Shown: positions 18,056-28,800 of the stretch, one piece after another | Layout of the letters: every line of letters begins with the position of its first letter | Numbering within the stretch: position 1 is the stretch's first letter | DNA from: Nitrospinaceae bacterium | GTDB lineage: Bacteria > Nitrospinota > Nitrospinia > Nitrospinales > Nitrospinaceae | Length of the DNA: 64,000 nucleotides | NCBI GenBank assembly: GCA_965223665.1 | Contig: OZ245011.1 | Coordinates: 3,776,001-3,840,000, forward strand | Direction: 5' to 3' | The notes under the pieces: generated by a model | Told to the model about the DNA's origin: nothing | Databases searched by the model: none | The model's input: only the letters and a program-made list of their open reading frames with translations | Translations under genes and position numbers: made by a program

Positions 18056-18988
18056 ATGAGTAATGAAGAGCAATTTTCGATAGAAAATAACTATTCAGCT
18101 TTGAAGCAACATTATCGCTTTACTAAAGCAGATGAGAATCTTCTTTTAGAAATGAAACCAGTGCTTGAGTCTCATGTAGATGAATTCATTGAAGGGTTTT
18201 ATGAATTCATTTGGAACTTTGGAAAAACCGCCGAATTCTTAAAGGATGAAGCGGTGATTACTAGACATAGAGGAAAAATATCTCAATGGTATCTGGATTT
18301 GTTCAGTGGAAAATACGATATTTCTTATTTTTCGAAGTTATACAAAATAGGAGAAATCCACGTAAAGCTGGGGTTGCCCACTCATTATGTGAACGCTGCA
18401 TTTAATTATGTTCGGGTGTTTTCTTTGGAAAAAATATCTAAACAATTCACCAGCAAATCTGACCTAACCCTAAGACTGAGAGCAATTGAAAAAGTCTTAG
18501 ATATTAACCTAGATATATTGACTAGCTCCTATCGTGAAGAAGAAATAGGCCGATTTTTATCTTTATCGAGAATCGAAAAAAGCCTATTAGGGACTTTGAA
18601 AAAAATAAGTGGCTATTTTAATTTTTTACTCTCTGGTGCATTAGTATTGGTGGCTTTCTTTGCCATTGGTTTATTTGGTTATGATGTTTACCTTTTGGTT
18701 TCGGATCAAATACCCATTGAACAGGGAATTTTAACTATTTTAGGAAGTCTGCTTATCCTTTGGGCAGCAATTGAATTGATTCAGGAAGAAATGAAGCATC
18801 TTCGGGGAGGGAAGTTTGCTCTGGAAGCCTTTATTGCTTTGGCTATAGCGGCCTTAATTCGAAAAATACTTATTTTTTCCCTTTCGCCAACAAAAACTAT
18901 AGATGTTTTATTGTACGGCCTTTTGGTCCTCTGTTTGGGAATTTCCTATTGGTTAATAGTTCAAAAAGTTGACTCTAGAGCTAAATAA
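18056..18988 (+). CDS. Protoglobin (sensor globin) domain fused to a PsiE-like 4-TM domain
   Basis: FTKADENLL...FYEFI...KIGEIHVKLGLPTHYVNAA (globin, proximal His). The C-terminal TMs include FIALAIAALIRKILI (PsiE-type). Start is ATG 18056 or TTG 18026. Confidence 0.8.
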   Translation: MSNEEQFSIENNYSALKQHYRFTKADENLLLEMKPVLESHVDEFIEGFYEFIWNFGKTAEFLKDEAVITRHRGKISQWYLDLFSGKYDISYFSKLYKIGEIHVKLGLPTHYVNAAFNYVRVFSLEKISKQFTSKSDLTLRLRAIEKVLDINLDILTSSYREEEIGRFLSLSRIEKSLLGTLKKISGYFNFLLSGALVLVAFFAIGLFGYDVYLLVSDQIPIEQGILTILGSLLILWAAIELIQEEMKHLRGGKFALEAFIALAIAALIRKILIFSLSPTKTIDVLLYGLLVLCLGISYWLIVQKVDSRAK

Positions 18989-19015
18989 ACGTTCAGAATA
19001 CTGGGTGATTTTTCA

Positions 19016-19810
19016 ATGTCTAAAAAAATTAATTTATTTTTCGCAGTAATTGTATTAATCATTATCGGATTTGTAACAAGTTTTTCGATGGGAATCGCTG
19101 CTCAAGACAGTGAAGAAAAACCCATTCATCCCTGGGGTTACGAAGGTGGAACGGGTCCCTTGCATTGGGGTGAAATGGAACAAGACCATGAAAAACATCT
19201 CATGTGTCGGGAAGGGGTTCGACAATCACCCATTAATATCGATCACGTTCCAGGATTCAAATTGGGGAAGCTCCATACCCATTATATTAAAACTCCCCTG
19301 CGATTAATAAATAATACCCATACCATTATGTTGGATTATCAGGAAGGAAGTTTTGTGGAGTGGGAGGGAGAGACTTTTGATTTAATTCAAGTTCACTTTC
19401 ATTATCCAAGTGAGCACTTGGTGAATGGAAAAACATTTCCAATGGAAATTCATTTAGTTCATAAAACCCTGGACCATCAATACGTTGTAATTGCAATTTT
19501 TGCAAAGTTTGGTAAAGAAAACCCAACCATTCAAAAAATTTGGGACAATATACCTAAGAAAATCAACCAAGAAACCACAATTGAAAAAAGTTTTATTAAT
19601 GCCGAGAAACTTTTGCCTCCTTCCAAAGCATATTTTTTTTATAACGGTTCGCTAACTACCCCTCCCTGTTCAGAAAATGTTACTTGGTTTGTATTGGAAG
19701 AACCGATTGAAATTCATCCCAAACAAATAAGGGTTTTCAAGAAATACATTAAAAAAAATGCAAGGCCTGTTCAAAAATTAAATCATAGAATTGTGGTGAA
19801 GCTTCAATAA
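19016..19810 (+). CDS. Periplasmic alpha-carbonic anhydrase
   Basis: Signal peptide; WGYEG..GP.HW, QSPINI, NNTHTI, QVHFHYPSEH, EIHLVH, GSLTTPPCSE. Confidence 0.95.
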   Translation: MSKKINLFFAVIVLIIIGFVTSFSMGIAAQDSEEKPIHPWGYEGGTGPLHWGEMEQDHEKHLMCREGVRQSPINIDHVPGFKLGKLHTHYIKTPLRLINNTHTIMLDYQEGSFVEWEGETFDLIQVHFHYPSEHLVNGKTFPMEIHLVHKTLDHQYVVIAIFAKFGKENPTIQKIWDNIPKKINQETTIEKSFINAEKLLPPSKAYFFYNGSLTTPPCSENVTWFVLEEPIEIHPKQIRVFKKYIKKNARPVQKLNHRIVVKLQ

Positions 19811-19816
19811 AATTAT

Positions 19817-22800
19817 CTATTCTTCTATGGTTACATTTTGAGTGTCGGTTCCAGTGTTTCCAGCGGTGTCGGTTGCCGACCAAGTGACTATAGTAAGTCC
19901 AATAGGGAAAGTGCCTGGCGCGTCGTTTGTGGGTGTTATAGATCCATCGACGAGATCAGTGGCGGTGGCTGTTCCTAAGGCAGGGTTTGGGTCGGTAGTT
20001 GTTATATCTGCAGGCGCTGTAACTACAGGTGCAGTGGTGTCCGTGATGGTTACATTCTGAGTGTCCGTACCCGTGTTGCCTGCAATATCAGTAGCGGACC
20101 ATGTGACTACGGTAAGTCCAACTATAAATGATCCTGGTGCATCATTTGTTGGAGTAATTGAACCATCTACAATGTCATTGGCAGTACCGGTACCTAGACT
20201 CACAGTCGTGGTTGGCCCAGTTGCTTCAGTTGTAATGCCAACGGGGGCGGTCACTGTGGGTGCTGTCGTATCCGTAATGGTGACGTTTTGAGTATCGGTT
20301 CCGGTGTTACCCGCCGCATCGGTGGCAGACCATGTCACGACTGTGAGTCCAACCGGGAATCCTCCTGCCGGTGCATCGTTGGTTGGTGTTAATGGACCAT
20401 CGACATCATCGTTTGCAGTAGCAGTTCCTAAAGCAACAGTTGTTGTCGGACCGGTGGCTTCCGTGTTGATGTCAGCCGGCGCGGTGACTACCGGTGGAGT
20501 GGTGTCTTCTGTAATAGTTACGTTCTGAGTATCGGTGCCGGTGTTGCCAGCGGTATCCGTAGCACTCCAGGTGACCACAGTGAGACCGAGCGGGAACGTT
20601 CCGGGTGCGTCGTTTACGGGAATTAAAGATCCATCGACCAGGTCAGTTGCTGTGGCGGTACCCAGATCCGGTGTGGTATCTGCAGTTGATAAATCAGCCG
20701 GTGCAGTCACAGTTGGTGCGGTTGTGTCTGTAATGGTGACGTTTTGAGTATCGGTTCCGGTGTTACCCGCCGCATCGGTGGCGGACCAGGTAACGACAGT
20801 GAGTCCAACCGGGAATCCTCCTGCCGGTGCATCGTTGGTTGGTGTTAATGGACCATCGACATCATCGTTTGCAGTAGCAGTTCCTAAAGCAACAGTTGTT
20901 GTCGGACTGGTGGCTTCCGTGTTGATGTCAGCCGGTGCAGTGACTACCGGCGGAGTTGTGTCTTCAGTAATAGTGACGTTCTGAGTATCGGTGCCGGTGT
21001 TGCCAGCGGTATCCGTAGCACTCCAGGTGACCATAGTGAGACCGAGCGGGAACGTTCCGGGTGCGTCGTTTACGGGAATTAAAGATCCATCGACCAGGTC
21101 AGTTGCTGTGGCGGTACCCAGATCCGGTGTGGTATCTGCAGTTGATAAATCAGCCGGTGCAGTCACAGTTGGTGCGGTTGTGTCTGTAATGGTGACGTTT
21201 TGAGTATCGGTTCCGGTGTTACCCGCCGCATCGGTGGCGGACCAGGTAACGACAGTGAGTCCAACCGGGAATCCTCCCGCCGGTGCATCGTTGGTTGGTG
21301 TTAATGGACCATCGACATCATCGTTTGCAGTAGCAGTTCCTAAAGCAACAGTTGTTGTCGGACTGGTGGCTTCCGTGTTGATGTCAGCCGGTGCAGTGAC
21401 TACCGGCGGAGTTGTGTCTTCAGTAATAGTGACGTTCTGAGTATCGGTGCCGGTGTTGCCAGCGGTATCCGTTGCACTCCAGGTGACGACAGTGAGACCG
21501 AGCGGGAACGTTCCGGGTGCGTCGTTTACGGGAATTAAAGATCCATCGACCAGGTCAGTTGCTGTGGCGGTTCCCAGATCCGGCGTGGTATCCGCAGTCG
21601 AGACATCAGCCGGTGCAGTCACAGTTGGTGCGGTTGTGTCTGTAATGGTGACGTTTTGTGTATCGGTACCGGTGTTACCTGCGGCATCGGTGGCAGACCA
21701 GGTCACGACTGTGAGTCCAACCGGGAATCCTCCTGCCGGTGCATCGTTGGTTGGTGTTAATGGACCATCGACATCATCGTTTGCAGTAGCAGTTCCTAAA
21801 GCAACAGTTGTTGTCGGACTGGTGGCTTCCGTGTTGATGTCAGCCGGTGCAGTGACTACCGGCGGAGTGGTGTCTTCAGTAATAGTGACGTTCTGAGTAT
21901 CGGTGCCGGTGTTGCCAGCGGTATCCGTTGCACTCCAGGTGACGACAGTGAGACCGAGCGGGAACGTTCCGGGTGCGTTATTCGTTGGGGTAATAGATCC
22001 ATCGACCAGGTCAGTTGCTGTGGCGGTACCCAGATCCGGTGTGGTATCTGCAGTTGATAAATCAGCCGGTGCAGTCACGGTTGGTGCGGTTGTGTCTGTA
22101 ATGGTGACGTTTTGTGTATCGGTACCGGTGTTACCCGCCGCATCGGTGGCGGACCAGGTAACGACAGTGAGCCCAACCGGGAATGAAACTGGTGCATCGT
22201 TGGTTGGTGTTAATGGACCATCGACATCATCGTTTGCAGTAGCAGTTCCCAGGGAAACGGTTGTAGTTGGACCGGTGGCTTCTGTATTGATGTCAGCCGG
22301 TGCCGTGACCACTGGTGGAGTGGTGTCTTCTGTAATAGTGACGTTCTGAGTATCGGTGCCGGTGTTGCCAGCGGTATCCGTAGCACTCCAGGTGACCACA
22401 GTGAGACCGAGCGGGAACGTTCCGGGTGCGTTATTCGTTGGGGTAATAGATCCATCGACCAGGTCAGTTGCTGTGGCGGTTCCCAGATCCGGGGTGGTAT
22501 CTGCAGTTGATAAATCAGCCGGTGCAGTCACGGTTGGTGCGGTTGTGTCTGTAATGGTGACGTTTTGTGTATCGGTACCGGTGTTGCCTGCCGCATCAGT
22601 GGCCGACCAGGTCACGACTGTGAGTCCAACCGGGAATGAAACTGGTGCATCGTTGGTTGGTGTTAATGGACCATCGACATCATCGTTTGCGGTAGCGGTT
22701 CCTAAAGCAACGGTTGTGGTCGGTCCGGTCGCTTCGGTATTAATGTCCGCCGGCGCGGTGACTACCGGTGGAGTGGTGTCTTCTGTAATAGTTACGTTCT

Positions 22801-25800
22801 GAGTATCGGTGCCGGTGTTGCCAGCGGTATCCGTAGCACTCCAGGTGACGACAGTGAGACCGAGCGGGAACGTTCCGGGTGCGTTGTTCGTTGGGGTAAT
22901 AGATCCATCGACCAGGTCAGTTGCTGTGGCGGTACCCAGATCCGGTGTGGTATCTGCAGTTGATAAATCAGCCGGTGCAGTCACAGTTGGTGCTGTCGTA
23001 TCGGTAATGGTGACGTTTTGAGTATCGGTGCCGGTATTACCTGCGGCATCGGTGGCGGACCAGGTAACGACAGTGAGTCCAACCGGGAATCCTCCCGCCG
23101 GTGCATCATTCGTTGGTGTCAGCGGACCATCCACATCATCGTTTGCAGTAGCAGTTCCCAGGGAAACGGTTGTAGTTGGCCCGGTGGCTTCTGTATTGAT
23201 GTCAGCCGGCGCGGTGACTACCGGTGGAGTGGTGTCTTCTGTAATAGTTACGTTCTGAGTATCGGTGCCGGTGTTACCCGCCGCATCGGTGGCGGACCAG
23301 GTAACGACAGTGAGACCGAGCGGGAACGTTCCGGGTGCGTCGTTTACGGGAATTAAAGATCCATCGACCAGGTCAGTTGCTGTGGCGGTTCCCAGATCCG
23401 GGGTGGTATCCGCAGTCGAGACATCAGCCGGTGCAGTCACAGTTGGTGCTGTCGTATCCGTAATGGTGACGTTTTGAGTATCGGTACCGGTGTTACCCGC
23501 CGCATCGGTGGCGGACCAGGTAACGACAGTGAGTCCAACCGGGAATCCTCCCGCCGGTGCATCATTCGTTGGTGTTAATGGACCATCGACATCATCGTTT
23601 GCGGTAGCGGTTCCTAAAGCAACCGTTGTGGTCGGTCCGGTCGCTTCGGTATTAATGTCCGCCGGTGCCGTGACCACTGGTGGAGTGGTGTCATTTATAA
23701 CGGTTTCATAAGTAATTGTTAACTTTGGTCGCCCTGATCCAGCTTCACTTGAATTGATAAAAATTCCGTCATTGTTGTTGTTAGTTTCTTTAATCACAAT
23801 TCCATTGTTATTTATGGAGCCATCAATCCATCCTTGAACTAAATTGATTCCGTTAGAATTTAGATTGATTATATTTTCACCAAACTGTCCCGGAATGATG
23901 GTTCCTAAAACTGAAGTACCAACATTGGTGGATGAACCTCCAAAAGTATTCCAGGTAACAGTCGATTCATTCCAATTGGTTAATGCTTGATGTAGGTTAT
24001 AGGAATCCGTGCTTACGTTTGAAAGATTTAAAGAGACACTTACAGATTGGACGGTTGCGTTTCCGGGAATAGTACTAATATCCCATGATATAACCGAAAT
24101 GACTTCGCCAAATCTTCCATTATCTGGATCAGGTTGAATGAGGTCCGCGCTTAAAGAAGTTTGGCTCCCATAGTTTGTATTGGCTGATGTTTCTCTCAAC
24201 AACGAATCCTGAGTTCCGCTGTATCCGGAATCGGGTTCCACTCCATTTTGAAATTCAATTATTGTTGGTCCTGAAGAGGGTTGGATTGTTATGTTTTGTG
24301 TGTCGGTTCCCGTATTTCCAGCAGGATCAGTTGCTGTCCAGGTAACGATGGTAAATCCAATTGGGAATATTCCGGGCGCGTCGTTAATTAATGAGTCGAT
24401 AATTCCCGAATTATCTGTGGCGGTAGCGGTTCCTATATTTGGTGTTGTATTGGTTGTCGTAATATCAGCTGGAGCTGTGACCACTGGATCCTCAGTATCA
24501 GCTAATAAAGTAACGTCTTGAGTGTCAGTACCGCTGTTTCCTGCTGCGTCCATTGCTGTCCATGTAACTGTGGTAGTGCCTAATGGAAAAATAGCCGGGG
24601 CATCATTTGTTAAGGAAGTCACTCCTATGTTATCTGTAGCTGTTGCGGTTCCAATATCCGGTGTTGGGTCCATTGTGGTCAGGTTCGCGGGGGCAGTTAC
24701 TACAGGGTCCTCTGTGTCGGGTCCTGAAGGAACGGTATAAGTAATACTCAATTTTGGCCGTCCCGACCCAGCTTCACTGGAATTGACAAAAATTCCATCA
24801 TTGTTGTTATTAGTTTCTTTAATCACAATTCCATTGTTTGCGATTGAACTGTCAATCCACCCTTGAACTAAATTAATTCCGTTGGAATTTAGATTGATTA
24901 TATTTTCACCAAACTGTCCCGGAATGATGGTTCCTAAAACTGAAGTACCAACATTGGTGGATGAACCTCCAAAAGTATTCCAGGTAACAGTTGATTCATT
25001 CCAATTGGTTAATGCTTGATGTAGGTTATAGGAATCCGTGCTTACGTTTGAAAGATTTAAAGAGACACTTACCGATTGAACGGTTGCGTTGCCGGGAATG
25101 GTACTAATATCCCAGGAAATAACAGAAATCACCTCACCAAATCTACCATTGCTTGGGTCGGGTTGTATGAGGTCAGCACTTAAAGAAGTTTGGTTTCCAT
25201 AATTTGTATTGGCTGATGTTTCTCTCAGCAACGAATCCTGAGTTCCGCTGTATCCTGAATCCGGTTCTACTCCATTTTGAAACTCGATGATTACGGGTCC
25301 AGTGGGGACTTGGAGAGTGACATTCTGAGTGTCGATTCCCGTATTGCCTGCCGGATCGGTGGCTGTCCATGTGACGACAGTGGTTCCCAATGGAAATGTT
25401 CCAGGGGCATCATTTATTAAAGAATCGATTATGCCTGAATTATCTGTAGCCGTGGCAGTTCCTAAATTCGGTGCTGGATCTGTAGTAGTGATATCTGCGG
25501 GTGCAGTGACTACAGGGTCTTCCGTGTCGTCCAGTAAAGTAACGTCTTGAGTATCTGTTCCACTGTTTCCTGCTGCGTCCATTGCAGTCCAGGTAACCGT
25601 GGTAGTGCCTAAAGGGAATGTTGCGGGAGCATCATTTGTTATGGAAGTCACTCCTACGTTATCAGTTGCTGTTGCTGTACCGATATCGGGTGTCGGGTCC
25701 AGGGTAGTCAAGTCTGCTGGGGCGGTTACCACCGGGTCCTCTGTATCTTCCACTAAAGGAGTGGTATAGGTTATCGATAACTTAGGTCTTCCTGAGGAAG

Positions 25801-28800
25801 CTTCACTTGAATTGAAATCGATACCGTCATTGGTGCCACCTGTTTTTACTACAATGCCATTATTAGGAATTGTTCCATCAATCCAACCTTGAACCATGTT
25901 GATTCCAGAGGAGTTTAAATTGATTATATTCTCTCCAAATTGTCCGGTAGAAATAACACCAATAACTGTTGATCCTACATTTGCAGTGGCTCCGCCAAAG
26001 CTGTTCCAGGTTACCGTACCCTCCGTCCAACTACTGCTTAAAACTTGAAATAAGTTATAGGGTCCAGAACTAATATTCGTTAAATTTAAAGAAATGCTTG
26101 CAGATGAAACCGTCGCATTGCTGGGAACGGATGAAATGTCCCAAGAAATTGTAATGATAAGTTGCCCAAAAGATCCATTAGATGGATCTGAATCGCTACC
26201 ATCTGCATTTAGTGATGTGCTGTTCCCATTGTTTGTATTGGGTGATGTTTCTCTAAGTTCGGCATCTTGGGTACCTGCATATGATGAATCCGGCTCTACC
26301 CCATCTTGAAATTCAAGAGTTGTGGGTCCTGAAGTAGGTATGATTGTTACGCTCTGAGTGTCAGTGCCGATGTTTCCTGCTGGATCTGTGGCCGACCAAG
26401 TAACAATAGTGGTACCTACAGGAAATGATCCAGGTGCATCGTTAGTTAATGAATCGATAATCCCAGAGTTGTCAGTTGCAGTAGCGGTTCCTAAGTTTGG
26501 TGCCGCGTCTGTGGTCGTAATATCGGCCGGGGCCGTGACCACAGGGGACTCATTGTCAGCTTGTAGGGTGATATCTTGAGTATCTGTGCCGGAATTCCCT
26601 GCCGCATCCATTGCCGTCCAGGTAACAGTAGTTGTGCCTAAAGGAAAAGTTGCCGGCGCATCATTGGTTAGAGAGGTAACCCCTACATTATCGGTTGCAG
26701 TTGCAGAACCTATGTTAGGTGTGGGATCCAATGTCGTTAAATCTCCAGGTGCTGTAACCACGGGTGGTTCTGTGTCTGGTTCTAAAGGAATTAAATAAGT
26801 TATGCTCAACTTAGGTCGATTTGATGTTGCCTCACTTGAATTAAAAAATATCCCATCATTGGTTCCACCAGTTTTAACTACGATTCCGTTATTAGGAATA
26901 GATCCATTTATCCAACCCTGGATTAGATTAATGCCATCCGTATTTAAAGAAATAATATTGTTTCCAAAAGGTCCGGTTGGAAGTGCTCCTATTACCGAGG
27001 AACCCACATTTGCTGTACCCCCTCCAAAGTTATTCCAGGTAACGGTTCCTTCTGTCCAATTGGTTTCAGCTTCATGTAAGTTATACGTTCCTGAACTAAT
27101 ATTAGTTAAATTGAATGTAATGGATGCAGATTGGACGGATGCATTGTTGGGGATTGCTGAAACATCCCAGGATATAACAGACATTACTTCCCCTATGCTT
27201 CCATTACCCGGGTCAGATTGGGAACCATCGGCGGTCAAAGAAGGATCATTTGGATAATTGGAATTGGGTGAAGTCTCTCTTAAAATGGCATCTTCTATGC
27301 CTGATTGAATATCGAGTGTAAATTGGTTGGGTGGAGGAACAGTATAAGAGATAGTAATTCTAGGACGTCGGGTGGCGACACTTGTTTCGCTTGAGTACAT
27401 TCTTAAGTCTTGCGTTCCTCCAACATTGGCTATTCGAAATCCGTTGTTAGAAATGCTTCCATTTACCCATCCCTGAACTAGATCTATTCCTGTTTGATTT
27501 AAATTTATTGTGGTCGAACCTGATGAGGATGCTGGAATTGTACCTACTAGACTTCCAACAAAAGAAGAATCATTGATAGAATTCCAGGTTGCGGTGTGTT
27601 CATCCCATTTAGTTTTTATTGAAATAAGGTTATGGCTGAAGGATGAAGAATCAAAAATATTAAAGGTAACACTGACTGAATCTATGATGGCTGTCTTTGG
27701 GATGGCGGTAAGATCCCATTTGACTACAGAGTCGACATCTCCAAACAGCCCTCCAGGAGGAAACTGTTCATCTCCGTCAGCACCAATTTGTGTGCCGCCT
27801 GCATCATTGGAATTTCTGGAAGATGATCTTATTCGAGAATCGGAGGTCCCAGAATATGTTGTGCTTGGTTCCACCCCATCTCGAAAACTAATAGTATTTG
27901 GAGTGGTGAGGACAGGAACCTGAACCGTAACTTTTTGTAAATCAGTAGCGGTGTTTCCCGCAGCATCTGTTGCGGTCCAAGTAACAATTGTTGTCCCTAA
28001 GGGAAATCCGCCGGCTGGCGCATCGTTTGTAATTGTGGGAGAGCCAATATTATCAACGGCTGTTGCTGTACCGAGAAAAACTGGAGTCAAATTGCCTGTA
28101 GATTCTGTGGTAATATCGGACGGGGCTAATATAGCAGGGTCAATACTATCACCAGAAGTAGGAAGTGAATAAGTAATAGAAATTCTTGGTCGATTTTCCG
28201 ATCGTCTGGACCACATCCGGATAGCGTTCCACCAATTTGGGTGTTCCCCAGGACCGCCGTTTTCAATTGCTAATCCATTATTTGAGTAAGTTCCATCTAT
28301 CCAACCCTGCACCACATCAAGGCCATCGGCATTCATTGGAATTATATTGAGACCAAACTTTTGTGGAGTTATGGTTCCCATTATAGTATTACTGATATTT
28401 GAGGAACCACCAATATTGTTCCAAGTGACAGAAAACTCATTCCAAGAAGACATAATTCGGTGAAGATGATAAGAGGTCTCACTTCGGTTAAATAAATCAA
28501 CGTAAACAGTAGCTGACTCAACAATTGCATTCGAGGGAATTGAGGATAAATCCCAAGAAATTAAAGTAATGGCATCTCCAACCACTGTATTTTCAAAAGG
28601 TCCGTGTGATAGGAGTTCAATTTTAGTTCCAAAGTTTTCGTTAGGATCGCCTTCAAAAATATAGGAATCCTTTGTTCCGTCATAACCTTCATGAGGAAAA
28701 TAACCATCTTGAAAGTCTACTGTGTATTCCAGCGGATCTTCAAATCCAGGAACAAAGGAAAAAGTCGTTCCTGGTGAAGGGATAGAGGTGTTTGTATCGT

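Noticed and set aside
19820-23692. Regular repeats as a possible CRISPR array
   Set aside because: The units are long, in-frame and coding, with no unique spacers and no cas genes.
19842-28172. Series of V/S/A/G-rich plus-strand ORFs
   Set aside because: These are antisense shadows of the HYR/DNRLRE repeats in the giant gene.
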